Assembly (NCBI GenBank): GCA_965213925.1
Contig: OZ243927.1
Span: 1,344,001 to 1,408,000, forward strand
Origin: Trueperaceae bacterium
GTDB taxonomy: Bacteria > Deinococcota > Deinococci > Deinococcales > Trueperaceae
Length of the DNA stretch: 64,000 nucleotides
Direction of reading: 5' to 3'
The notes below the pieces were generated by a model. It searched no databases. It had not been told where the DNA came from and was given only the letters and a program-made list of their open reading frames with translations. This document shows positions 9,801 to 19,957 of the stretch, piece after piece. The position numbers and the translations under genes were made by a program. Positions within the stretch are counted from its first letter, which is position 1. Each line of letters opens with the position of its first letter.

Positions 9801-10354
9801 CTAGTCACCTTAGCCCTAAGGCTCCTCTCGTGCGTTATTCAGGGATTGTACCGAGAAATGCTAAGGAACCGCTAACACCAACAGGGCTTCTTTGAACTGA
9901 CCGCTGCCTCAGTCCTTTTTTAACGCGCTATTCATTAACTCTTTAACAAGCCTCAAGTGTGACATTCGTTACGCAATTGAGGTAGGGGTGAGTTGCTATC
10001 GTAACGGCAACGGTACAACTGCAGTGCAGCCATATATAACCGAGCGCCAGGTTGGGGTCGCGCCGTTTGGCCTTTTTAGTGCGCAATACAGATGCGTAAT
10101 GCAGAGGGGAGGCGTTGTGCAGCATCCGAGTCAGTTGAGACAATTTTAACTGAGGCGCTCGGTGACCTCGAGCTAGCAGCCCGGCGGAGCGTGTCGAGCG
10201 AGAGGAGGCAACAGGCGCGTTTCTATCCAAGTGACGAACCCTTTTCATTAAGCGTTCATATAAAGCCGTACACCTTTGATTCTCTGTTACATTGCGCGTA
10301 TTCACACCCGCCGAGAGGCGGCACAACGTGTAAGACACACTACGGGAGGCCAAG

Positions 10355-13300
10355 ATGCAGCGACGTACGAAGCAACATCTCTACCTACTCTTTCCACTTC
10401 TCTTCCTTTTCCTCTTCACCGCCTGCGGCGACTTAGCAGGTTCAAGCATCACGCCTGACTCAGGAGAAAACGTCAGCGACGACTCGGCGGTTCCAACGGG
10501 CGACTTCGGCGTTAGCTTGAACTTCGGCGGTCCTTACCTCAGCGACGCAGACGGAGCAATCACCGACGCCTCGGATGAGCGCGTCATCTCGGTCGACCCC
10601 GGCGGTAGGTTCTTCGTCCAGGTGGACTACGAAGACCCGAGTGGAATTACTGATATTGCGGTGAACTTGGTCAACAGCAGCCCCGAGGATTTAGCGGGAA
10701 TGTTAGACCCCACGCAGAGCTTCTTTACCTTAGGTCAGCCAACAGGTGTTAGTGAGCCTAGTGGGTGTGACCTCTCAGGTAGTCCCACCAGCGTCACCTG
10801 TATCTATGAAGTTCAGGTAGCTGAGGATGCGGTGAACATCTCTGAGTTGGACGGTTCAGGCGATGAGTTTGCTTACGTCTTTCGCACGCAAGTCACCGGT
10901 GCAGAGGGCAACGCCTCGGATGAGGCGGAGCGGGGTTACGTCGTCATCACGGGAGATACGGGCGAGCCGCAGGAGTGCACGAATCCGGTGGAGATTCCGG
11001 ATGAGGGGCTCGAGGAAGCCTTTCGCTTCTCCCTAGATAAGTTCACCGGCACGCTGACCTGCGAGGACTTAGCCGAGGTCACCTCGATTCGCTACGGCGC
11101 GACCGGGGAGCGGGGCAGACGCATCGAGAACTTGGAAGGGTTACAGTTCGCCGTCAATGTGCGGGAGCTGCGCCTCACCAACTTGGGTGTTACTGATTAC
11201 ACGCCGATTGCCAGCCTCGACAAGCTCAAGATACTCAACGTTGTCAACGCTGAAGTTGACGACCTCGACTTTTTAGCAGAGCTGACGCAGCTCACCGACA
11301 TCAACCTCTCGCGCAACGACATCAGCGACCTCGGTCCCTTAGCGAACTTGACGAACCTCAAAGTGCTGATTCTTTCGGGCAACGACATTACCGACATCGG
11401 CGCTGTCACAGGGCTCAGCCAGCTCGTGGTGCTCAGCCTCCTCGCCAACGACGTGACCGATATCACCCCGCTCTTAGACAATCCCGGCTTGGGCGAGGGC
11501 GACCGCGTCAACCTCCTGCGCAACCCGCTCGATATTTGCCCGGACACGGAGACCACAGAGGTTATTGACACCTTGATTGAGCGCGGTGTGAACGTTCAGT
11601 TTGAACCCTCGGAGAACTGTGACGGGAATGGCGGTGGCGGAGACGACGACCAAACCTGCACGAACCCGGTGGAGATTCCTGACGCGGCACTCGAAGCTGC
11701 GGTTCGCGAGGAACTCGGCGAGCCGAGCGGCACGCTGACCTGCGCGGACTTAGCGAACCTAACAGCGCTCAGCGTGTTCTATGACCCGGCTAGGGACGAG
11801 AAGATTCAGAGCTTAGAGGGACTGCAGTTCGCCGTCAACTTGAGGCGGGCGAGCCTTAACCAAAACGCTGTCAGCGACCTCGCGCCGCTCCAAAACCTAC
11901 CCGAGCTAGCAGACCTCGAGGTCTCGAGCAACGAGATAGAGAGCGTTGCGCAGCTCGACACCTTCAGGTCGCTACGTCGGCTTTTTCTCGTCAACAACCA
12001 GATAGATGACCTCAGCGGGTTTGGCGAGGTGTTCCCCAACCTGGAAATCTTGCTTCTGCGGGACAACCCGGTCGAGGACCTCACGCCGCTCCGAACCCTC
12101 ACCGACCTGACCCTCTTGCAGGTGAGCGGTGACTTCAGCGACCTCTCGCCCATAGAGAACCTCACGAACCTCACGAGCTTCGGTGTTCAAGATAGCAACG
12201 TCGCCGACCTCTCACCCTTAGCGGACTTGGAAGATTTGGAGGATTTAGTTCTCGTCAATAACCAGATAAGTGACCTCTCGCCCTTGGGCGGTCTGACGAA
12301 GCTCGTCTTTCTCAACCTCGAGAACAACGATGTCGCTGACCTTGCGCCCTTAGCCGACCTCGCCCGCTTGGAAAGTCTCAACCTTACCGATAACGAGGTG
12401 TCCGACCTCACGCCTCTGGCCGACCTCACCGACCTCAGATTTCTCTACCTCTCCCAAAATAACATCGGCGACCTCGCGCCCCTTACGGGGCTTACCGGAC
12501 TGAAAAACCTCTACCTCGACGACAATCAGATAGACGACTTCGCGCCGCTCATCGAAAATGAGGGGCTGACGGGCGACGACATCGTCAAGTTGGAGGGCAA
12601 CCTCGTCGAAACGTGTCCTGGCACGGCGGGCGCGAGGACCATCGAGGTGCTCGAAGCGCGCATCAGCAACCTCAGCTATGACCCGCCCGTTGACTGCGAA
12701 ACGCAGTCGGCGTGCGCCGACCCGGTCAGCATCCCCGATGAGGTGCTGCGCACTATCATCAGGCAGTTTCTCGAGCTAGGCGCAGACGCGGACATCACCT
12801 GCGACGACCTCACGAACCTCACCTCTATCACCAACGATGTCGACCGCGACGACCCCGACCCTATCATTACAGACCTCGAGGGTTTACAGTACGCCGTCAA
12901 CTTGAGAGAACTGCTCATCCCCGAGAACGGCGTCAGTGACCTTTCTCCCTTGAGCGACCTGCCGATCCTCGCCAGGCTCGATGTCGCGTTCAACGGCGTC
13001 TCCAGCCTTGAACCTTTAGCGGGGTTGACGAACCTGCGGTCGCTACGCACGGGTAACGTCGCGGATTTATCACCGCTCAGCGACCTCACCAAGCTCCTGA
13101 GCTTGACGACCTCGACCTCTGACCCCAGCCCCGAAAACCTCGCGGCGCTCAGCAGCCTCGCCAGTTTGCAGGACCTCGAGCTATCCAACAGCGGCGTGAG
13201 CGACCTATCCTTCGTGCGTCCGCTCGCGAACCTAGAAGACGTCGACTTCACAGGGAACTCGGTCGCAGACCTCTCACCGCTTACAGGGCTCACGAACCTC

Positions 13301-13516
13301 TGCAATGTCCGGCTCGACGACAACGACATCAGGGACATCGGGGCGCTGGTAGAAACGTCGGATAACGGCGGATTCCGCCAAGACTTAGGCTGCGGCGGTC
13401 CTACTATCGAGCTAAGGAAAAACCCGCTCGACCTCGCCCCTGGCTCCCAGGTGCAAGAGGACATCGAGACGCTCAGAAGCCGCGGCGTAACGGTTTTTAC
13501 CCGCATCCGCCAGTAG
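10355..13516 (+). CDS. Lipoprotein with a beta-sandwich domain and three Cys-capped internalin-type LRR cassettes
   Basis: Lipobox FTAC; 22-aa LxxLxLxxNxIxDLxPL repeats; C.NPV.IPD...TC..L caps near 10975, 11656 and 12712. Confidence 0.9.
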   Translation: MQRRTKQHLYLLFPLLFLFLFTACGDLAGSSITPDSGENVSDDSAVPTGDFGVSLNFGGPYLSDADGAITDASDERVISVDPGGRFFVQVDYEDPSGITDIAVNLVNSSPEDLAGMLDPTQSFFTLGQPTGVSEPSGCDLSGSPTSVTCIYEVQVAEDAVNISELDGSGDEFAYVFRTQVTGAEGNASDEAERGYVVITGDTGEPQECTNPVEIPDEGLEEAFRFSLDKFTGTLTCEDLAEVTSIRYGATGERGRRIENLEGLQFAVNVRELRLTNLGVTDYTPIASLDKLKILNVVNAEVDDLDFLAELTQLTDINLSRNDISDLGPLANLTNLKVLILSGNDITDIGAVTGLSQLVVLSLLANDVTDITPLLDNPGLGEGDRVNLLRNPLDICPDTETTEVIDTLIERGVNVQFEPSENCDGNGGGGDDDQTCTNPVEIPDAALEAAVREELGEPSGTLTCADLANLTALSVFYDPARDEKIQSLEGLQFAVNLRRASLNQNAVSDLAPLQNLPELADLEVSSNEIESVAQLDTFRSLRRLFLVNNQIDDLSGFGEVFPNLEILLLRDNPVEDLTPLRTLTDLTLLQVSGDFSDLSPIENLTNLTSFGVQDSNVADLSPLADLEDLEDLVLVNNQISDLSPLGGLTKLVFLNLENNDVADLAPLADLARLESLNLTDNEVSDLTPLADLTDLRFLYLSQNNIGDLAPLTGLTGLKNLYLDDNQIDDFAPLIENEGLTGDDIVKLEGNLVETCPGTAGARTIEVLEARISNLSYDPPVDCETQSACADPVSIPDEVLRTIIRQFLELGADADITCDDLTNLTSITNDVDRDDPDPIITDLEGLQYAVNLRELLIPENGVSDLSPLSDLPILARLDVAFNGVSSLEPLAGLTNLRSLRTGNVADLSPLSDLTKLLSLTTSTSDPSPENLAALSSLASLQDLELSNSGVSDLSFVRPLANLEDVDFTGNSVADLSPLTGLTNLCNVRLDDNDIRDIGALVETSDNGGFRQDLGCGGPTIELRKNPLDLAPGSQVQEDIETLRSRGVTVFTRIRQ

Positions 13517-13527
13517 CTGCCACGAAA

Positions 13528-13570
13528 CTCGGTGTAAGGGGAGTGACGCGGACGCCACCCTTACACCGAG
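13528..13570. repeat. 13-bp perfect inverted repeat after the first LRR gene
   Basis: CTCGGTGTAAGGG...CCCTTACACCGAG. Confidence 0.7.
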
Positions 13571-13623
13571 CCAAGGTGAGCCCTCGAGAAGCAAAGCTAA
13601 AATCCTTCCCCAACCTCTTTCTA

Positions 13624-13650
13624 AGGGCGGCACCTGCCGCCCTCTTTCTT
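13624..13650 (+). terminator. Intrinsic terminator
   Basis: AGGGCGGC-acct-GCCGCCCT followed by CTTTCTT. Confidence 0.55.
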
Positions 13651-14009
13651 TGCCTTCCAGCGCCTTCTCGAGCACCTCTTCCTCGGCTCTCTCACCCTTT
13701 TTCTGCGCCCTTCCCCCGTTTCTTCTCCCCCACCTTTACCTTCTCTTTAACTACGCTCAAACGTGACTTTGGTTACTAGTTTTAGCCACCTGAGACCTGC
13801 TATTTTAGCCGCAACGGTACGCAACCGAATAGCGGCACCAAGACCAGCGTACGCCGGGTTTCATTCTGGCTCACGTGTTTTAGCTCATGTAGCGCGGGGC
13901 TCATGTGGCGTGGGTGGTCTAGCTCAAGGAGGAGAGGAACCTGCGCAGGGGAGTGCAGGTCAGGCACAGCTTAGGGCAGTCAACGACTTACATCTTTTAG
14001 GGGAGAACC

Positions 14010-17000
14010 ATGCAGGGCAACCGCAAACACTACCGTCAACACCGACACCTAACCCATCTACTCTTAACCTGGAGCCTCGCGCTCCTGCTCTTCCTCACCG
14101 CCTGCGGCGGGGGCAGCACGCCCGACTTCAGCCAGCAAGAGGGCGTCGAAGTCAATATCTTCTCGAACTTGGGTAGGACAACCAGCAGCGCAGACTCGGC
14201 GGACCTGGGCGCGCAGGGCGTCCCCGTGGACCCCGAGACGGGTGAAACCGGCGTGGTCCGCGCCGAGCTAGAGGTCTACAGCGGCGACACCCGGCTCTTC
14301 TTCAGAGATGGGCGCATCGTCGCCGAAGCGGAAGGCGAAGCGGTCGTCTTGACTCCCGAAGACAGCGACGTCACCCTCGCCCTACCCGAAGGACGCTACC
14401 GCTTTACCCTCAGCGCCTCCGATGGAGCAGGCAACACCCTAGCGAGAGGAGAAGCCGAGCAGCAAGTCGGCGAGGAGAGCCGCGTCTCGGTTCCTTTAAC
14501 GAGCCTGGTAGGTTCCGCCCGCTTCGAGGTGCCTGCGTCGGTCAAAGCCAACGAGGTCTTCGACGCCTTCTTGCGCGTCTCGCCGCCCAACCGCCCCGAC
14601 CTGCGCGTGCCTCTAGGTGACTACACCGTGTCTTATGAGGTCGCAGAGCCTGGAGTGCAGTTGGGGGGCTCGAGCAACCTAGGTGTAAGAGTCGCCGCGG
14701 CGTGTGAAGTCGTCGAAGTAAGCGCCGCGGTAAGTAACGACCTCTCCGAAGAGGTCACTGCCTCAGCTAGCGTCCCGGTCAACGACGAAGCCTGTGACGA
14801 CGCAAACGACACGCCTGTGGGCGCGGACCTCGTGCCACCCTTTGTCGTCATCACCACGCCCGAAGCGGGTAGCACCGTGAACAAAAGCTTCACCGTTCAA
14901 GGAGACGTGAACGACCGGCAGAGCGGTGTGGAGAAAGTTGAGGTATATGAAGGTACGCTCAAACTTGGTGATGCTAATCTAGATAGTGATGCCATGAGTT
15001 GGCGCTTTGACGCCTCCTTAGACAACGGCTCTTACACGCTCACTGCGGTCGCCTTCGACAAGGCGGGGAACACCTCGAGGGCTGAGGCTCGAGTCACCGT
15101 TCAAGAGGGTGCGGGAGGCGGTGCGGAGAGCTGCACCAATCCGGTGAGCGTGCCGGACGAGAATCTGAGGCGAGCGCTCAAAGAAACGCTTGGGCTTAGC
15201 GAAGAGGATGAGATTACCTGCGAGATGTTAGCCGAGCTTGAAGAATTCTTCCGCGGCGGTACGGATGAAAATGACAATCCTGTTGAGTTTAGCACCCTAG
15301 AAGGTCTGCAGTTCGCCACAAATTTAGAAGTTATCGATATCAAAGACTCGGTTATCAGAGACTTCTCGGCGATAGCGACCTTAACCAAGCTCGAGAGACT
15401 GAACCTCAACCGCATCGCAACGCCCAGCTTAGCGCCGCTACGAAACCTTACGACGCTCACCGAGCTTGAAGTTTTCGGACGCTTTTTGACTGACGGGAAC
15501 CTCGTTGCTGAAGACGTAGACGCGCTTGCCGGGCTTGTCAATTTGGAGACGCTCAGCCTTCTCTTCCTCAAGCTTTCTGATATCAGCGCGTTAGAAGGGC
15601 TAGAGAAGCTCAACCGCCTCTCCCTTACCGACAACAATATAAGCGACCTCTCACCTCTGGTTAGCAACGAGGGTCTAGGTGAAGGGGACACAGTTTTCTT
15701 ACAGGATAACCCGCTCGACCTCTGCCCCGGCACCGAAGATAGAGCAGACATTGAGGCGTTAATCAAACGTGGGGTAGACGTCGTCTTCGACGAACCTACA
15801 GACTGCGATACGGATGGTGAAGAGGACCAGACTTGCACGAGTCCGGTCAACGTACCCGACGAGAACTTGAGGAGTGCCCTCAGAAATGCACTCGAGCTTG
15901 ACGAAGGCGAAGCCATCACCTGCGAAGCTCTGGCAGGTCTGACAACGTTCGTCTTTAGCGATGACAGCGAGTCCCGTGACGAATTCACCGATATCAGCAC
16001 GCTCGAGGGTCTCCAATTCGCCGTCAATTTAGAAACCCTTATTGTTGACGGCGCTGTCATCAACTACGACGCTATCGCCGGCTTGACGAAGCTCAAGAGG
16101 TTAAATCTCTTTGTGGCTGCGCCGAGCTTAGAGCCGCTCAGAAACCTCACCGCGCTGACCGAACTCAGTCTTTCTTCTGACGACGGACTTATAGCCGAAG
16201 ATGAAGACGCACTTGCCGGGTTGGTCAACTTGGAGAGGCTCCTTATATCTAACTACGGCTCAGGCGACCTCACGCCGGTGCAAAACTTGACCAAGCTCAC
16301 TGAGCTTTTCCTGCTGAGCGGCGATATCCGCGACCTCACACCCTTGCAGAACCTCACGCAGCTAAGGCAGCTTGACTTGAGAAACAATCAAATCACCGAC
16401 CTGTCACCCCTTGTAGAAGGCGAAGGTGCAGACCTGCCGCTAGCGTATATCAACTTGCTGTTCAATCCGATTGAAACCTGTCCCGGCACGCAAGGACGCG
16501 CCGACATCGACGCGCTTACGCTGCGCGGCGTTGAGGTTCTTTTCGAGCAACCTGAGAACTGTGATTACGGCGGCGGTGACGGGCAAGAAAACTGCACGAA
16601 CCCCGTGAATATTCCCGACGAGTCGCTCCGAGCAGCCCTCAAAGACGCGCTTGCGCTCTCCCAAGACGCTGAGGTCACCTGCGCTAGCTTAGCGAACCTA
16701 ACCATCTTCAACCCTTCCCTTTACGCAGATGAAATTAAGAACCTCGAGGGTTTGCAATTCGCGCCCAACTTGAGAAGTCTCAACCTCGCTAGCGACCTGA
16801 CTTCAGAAGCGTTCGCGCCGCTTGAAGACCTCACGAAGCTCCAAAGGCTTTTTATCAACGTGTCGGTCACCGGCGACACCGACCTCTCTTTCCTAGAGAA
16901 CCTGGTCAACTTAGAGTCTCTCTCGCTCTCCCCTCGCGGGACGCCGGACTACGGCGGGCTGCAACCCGAAGTCGATATAAGCCCCTTGCGGAACCTGACC

Positions 17001-17366
17001 AAGCTCACTGCCCTTAGTCTTAGCTATTTGAACATCAGCGACATGGGTCCGCTTCAAGACCTGACGGGCCTCAACGCCCTCTCGCTAGACGGCAACGAAA
17101 TTAGCGACATAGGCCCGCTCCAAAACCTGACGAGCCTCGTTACTCTCTTTCTTAACGGAAACGAAATCAGTGACCTCAGCGCCCTTCAAAACCTCTCCAA
17201 CCTCCGCCTCTTGAACCTTTTCGGTAACAATATCAGCGATATAGGTCCGTTAGTCGCCAATGTAGGTCTCGCCGAAGGGGATGAAGTCAACTTGAATGAC
17301 AACCCGCTCAGCGATCAAGCTTTCGATGACATCGAAACGCTAAGGGAGAGGGGTGTCTCCGTCTAG
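14010..17366 (+). CDS. Lipoprotein with Ig-like (Big) domains and three Cys-capped LRR cassettes
   Basis: Lipobox LTAC; D.VPP.V.I..P...SGV.KVE...G.YTLTA.A.D.AGN Big motif; CT(N/S)PV..PD caps near 15131, 15833 and 16592. Confidence 0.9.
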   Translation: MQGNRKHYRQHRHLTHLLLTWSLALLLFLTACGGGSTPDFSQQEGVEVNIFSNLGRTTSSADSADLGAQGVPVDPETGETGVVRAELEVYSGDTRLFFRDGRIVAEAEGEAVVLTPEDSDVTLALPEGRYRFTLSASDGAGNTLARGEAEQQVGEESRVSVPLTSLVGSARFEVPASVKANEVFDAFLRVSPPNRPDLRVPLGDYTVSYEVAEPGVQLGGSSNLGVRVAAACEVVEVSAAVSNDLSEEVTASASVPVNDEACDDANDTPVGADLVPPFVVITTPEAGSTVNKSFTVQGDVNDRQSGVEKVEVYEGTLKLGDANLDSDAMSWRFDASLDNGSYTLTAVAFDKAGNTSRAEARVTVQEGAGGGAESCTNPVSVPDENLRRALKETLGLSEEDEITCEMLAELEEFFRGGTDENDNPVEFSTLEGLQFATNLEVIDIKDSVIRDFSAIATLTKLERLNLNRIATPSLAPLRNLTTLTELEVFGRFLTDGNLVAEDVDALAGLVNLETLSLLFLKLSDISALEGLEKLNRLSLTDNNISDLSPLVSNEGLGEGDTVFLQDNPLDLCPGTEDRADIEALIKRGVDVVFDEPTDCDTDGEEDQTCTSPVNVPDENLRSALRNALELDEGEAITCEALAGLTTFVFSDDSESRDEFTDISTLEGLQFAVNLETLIVDGAVINYDAIAGLTKLKRLNLFVAAPSLEPLRNLTALTELSLSSDDGLIAEDEDALAGLVNLERLLISNYGSGDLTPVQNLTKLTELFLLSGDIRDLTPLQNLTQLRQLDLRNNQITDLSPLVEGEGADLPLAYINLLFNPIETCPGTQGRADIDALTLRGVEVLFEQPENCDYGGGDGQENCTNPVNIPDESLRAALKDALALSQDAEVTCASLANLTIFNPSLYADEIKNLEGLQFAPNLRSLNLASDLTSEAFAPLEDLTKLQRLFINVSVTGDTDLSFLENLVNLESLSLSPRGTPDYGGLQPEVDISPLRNLTKLTALSLSYLNISDMGPLQDLTGLNALSLDGNEISDIGPLQNLTSLVTLFLNGNEISDLSALQNLSNLRLLNLFGNNISDIGPLVANVGLAEGDEVNLNDNPLSDQAFDDIETLRERGVSV

Positions 17367-17446
17367 CCCGAAACGAGCGACTTTCGCAACGCGCCTGCAA
17401 TTCTTAGTGGAGGTGTAGACCTAAGTTTGTATTGAATCAAGAGAGT

Positions 17447-17477
17447 GGGGCGGCCCCAAAAGCCGCCCCTTCTCTTT
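17447..17477 (+). terminator. Intrinsic terminator
   Basis: GGGGCGGC-cccaaaa-GCCGCCCC followed by TTCTCTTT. Confidence 0.6.
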
Positions 17478-17523
17478 GCACCTCTCCAGCGTGGTAGCAT
17501 GAAACCCCGGAGAGGATGGCTTT

Positions 17524-19191
17524 ATGCAAACGAACTACATCTTCATCACGGGCGGCGTCGTCTCGAGCTTGGGCAAGGGCATCGCGACATCCAGCATCGG
17601 CGCACTTTTGCGCGCCAGAGGCTACCGCGTCACGGCGGTTAAGATAGACCCCTATATCAACGTGGACGCAGGTACCATGCGCCCTTACGAGCACGGCGAG
17701 GTCTTCGTGACCTCGGACGGCGCTGAGACCGACTTAGACATCGGCACGTACGAGCGCTTTTTGGATATAAGTTTAGGGCGCGGCAACAACGTCACCACGG
17801 GGCAGGTCTATCAGAGCGTCATCGAAAAGGAGCGGCGCGGCGAGTACCTCTCGCAGACCGTCCAGGTCATCCCGCACGTCACGGACGAGATCAAAGAGCG
17901 CATCCGTGAGGCGGGTAAGAAAGCGAGTGCGGAACTCGTCTTGGTCGAGGTGGGCGGCACAGTGGGCGACATTGAGTCGTTACCTTTTTTAGAGGCGATT
18001 CGCCAAATGCGCTTCGAAGAGGGTCGCGAGAGCACGCTCTATTTTCACGTGACCCTGCTCCCTTACCTCGGCACGAGCGAGGAATTCAAGACCAAACCGA
18101 CGCAGCACTCCGTAGCGACCCTGCGCGGCGTGGGCATTCAGCCCGACGGTATTATCCTACGCTCGGCGAGCCCCGTCCCCGAAACCGTGCGCAGCAAGAT
18201 TGCGCTCTTTACGAACGTCGAAGCGAGAGACGTGTTCAACTCCCACGACGCCGACCACGTCTACGCGGTGCCTGAGATTTTGGAGCAGCAGGGCATCGGG
18301 CGCTTCATCGAGCGCAGGCTCTCCTTGGAGAAAGTCACCCCGGAGCTTCGCGCCTGGCGCGAGGCGGTCAAGGTTTTGCGCCACCCTGAGAAAGAGGTCA
18401 CGATCGGTGTAGTCGGCAAGTACGTCGCCATGCCCGACGCTTACTTGAGCCTCATGGAAGCTCTCAAACACGCGGGCATCGCCAACCACGCGCGCGTCTC
18501 GCTGCGCTGGGTCAACGCGGAAGACCTCTTGGAGCGGCAGTTAGAGGTGCTGGACGACTTAGACGGCGTCCTCGTGCCGGGCGGCTTCGGCGTGCGCGGC
18601 ATCGAAGGGAAGGTCTTGGCGGCAGGTTACGCCCGCACGAACGGCGTGCCGTATCTGGGCATCTGCTTGGGGATGCAGGTCGCGGTGATCGAATTTGCGC
18701 GCAACGAGGCGGGCTTGGAGGGCGCGAACTCGACCGAGTTCGACACGTACACGCCGCATCCGGTGGTCGGGCTCATGCCGGAACAGCTCGAGGTCGCGGG
18801 CTTGGGCGGCACCATGCGCTTAGGCGACTGGCCTATGCAGGTCGCGCGGGACACGCTCCTGGAGGGGCTCTACGCGCCTCTTTTGAACCAGGACGTCGCA
18901 TTCGAGCGCCACCGCCACCGCTACGAGGTCAACCCCGCTTACGTCGAAAGGCTCAAGGACGCGGGGCTGACCATCTCAGGTGTGACGCCCGGAATGAGCG
19001 GGCGCGGCGCGGGGCTCGTCGAGGCGGTCGAGCTTGCCGGGCATCCCTTCTTTCTGGGGCTACAGTCTCACCCCGAATTCAACACGCGGCTCATGCGGGC
19101 GAGTCCGCCTTTCAGGGGTTTTATCGGAGCGGCGGTCACGTACCGCGAAGCTCGGACGGTGGGGTTACTCGAGTCCGTCAACGCGGAGTAA
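17524..19191 (+). CDS. pyrG: CTP synthase
   Basis: GGVVSSLGKG, KTKPTQHSV, GICLGMQ, ERHRHRYE and HPEF motifs. Confidence 0.99.
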   Translation: MQTNYIFITGGVVSSLGKGIATSSIGALLRARGYRVTAVKIDPYINVDAGTMRPYEHGEVFVTSDGAETDLDIGTYERFLDISLGRGNNVTTGQVYQSVIEKERRGEYLSQTVQVIPHVTDEIKERIREAGKKASAELVLVEVGGTVGDIESLPFLEAIRQMRFEEGRESTLYFHVTLLPYLGTSEEFKTKPTQHSVATLRGVGIQPDGIILRSASPVPETVRSKIALFTNVEARDVFNSHDADHVYAVPEILEQQGIGRFIERRLSLEKVTPELRAWREAVKVLRHPEKEVTIGVVGKYVAMPDAYLSLMEALKHAGIANHARVSLRWVNAEDLLERQLEVLDDLDGVLVPGGFGVRGIEGKVLAAGYARTNGVPYLGICLGMQVAVIEFARNEAGLEGANSTEFDTYTPHPVVGLMPEQLEVAGLGGTMRLGDWPMQVARDTLLEGLYAPLLNQDVAFERHRHRYEVNPAYVERLKDAGLTISGVTPGMSGRGAGLVEAVELAGHPFFLGLQSHPEFNTRLMRASPPFRGFIGAAVTYREARTVGLLESVNAE

Positions 19192-19203
19192 GGTCTCCTC
19201 GTC

Positions 19204-19836
19204 GTGCCCCCTAAAAAACCTCTCGTCATCGGGCTCGCGGGCGGCACGGGCTCGGGCAAAACGACGGTGAGCGCCGCCATCGCGCAAGCAGCCGGGGCGG
19301 AGCGCGTCGTCACCCTGCCGCAAGACGCCTACTACCACGCGCTCCCCGACCTCCCCTTTGAGGCGCGGCAGCGCACCAACTACGACGAGCCGAGCGCGTT
19401 CGACACCGCGCTGTTGGTCGAGCAAATTGACGCCCTCTTGCGCGGCGAGACTATCGAGCAGCCCGTCTACGACTTCTCGCAGTACGACCGCTCGGCGGAC
19501 ACCGTGAGACTAGAGCCCGCCCCCGTGATGGTCGTCGAAGGCGTTCTCGTGCTGCACGAGCCTGCACTGCGCGAGCGCTTTTCCCTGAGCATCTTCGTGG
19601 ACGCGCCGCCCGACGAACGCTTTATCCGCCGCTTGGAGCGCGATGTACGCGAGCGCGGGCGGAGCGCGCAGAGCGTCATCGACCAGTACCGCCGCTCGGT
19701 GAAGCCGATGCACGACCTCTTCGTAGAGCCGACCAAGCAGCACGCCGACCTCATCATCCCCGAAGGGGGTAAAAACCGGGTCGCCTTGGAGGTGCTGAGC
19801 GCGTTCGTGAGCAGTGTCGTCGAGCAACGTGCCTGA
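19204..19836 (+). CDS. udk: Uridine kinase
   Basis: GLAGGTGSGKTT, QDAYY, NYDEP.AFD, RD..ERGR and ADLIIP motifs. Confidence 0.97.
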   Translation: MPPKKPLVIGLAGGTGSGKTTVSAAIAQAAGAERVVTLPQDAYYHALPDLPFEARQRTNYDEPSAFDTALLVEQIDALLRGETIEQPVYDFSQYDRSADTVRLEPAPVMVVEGVLVLHEPALRERFSLSIFVDAPPDERFIRRLERDVRERGRSAQSVIDQYRRSVKPMHDLFVEPTKQHADLIIPEGGKNRVALEVLSAFVSSVVEQRA

Positions 19837-19957
19837 GGGGTAGACGCAGCGCAATGCTACCTCCGGGCGACCTGACGTGAAAAACAGGGTGCAAGACCGA
19901 GCGTAAAGCGTGTAGAATCCTCCTGATGACGCATCGGCTCCCTCAATACCCCGTTTT

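Noticed and set aside
10355..17366. Diversity-generating retroelement or invertase-driven shuffling behind the LRR repeats
   Set aside because: No reverse transcriptase, recombinase or adenine-specific TR/VR pair was seen; the repeats are diverged coding modules.
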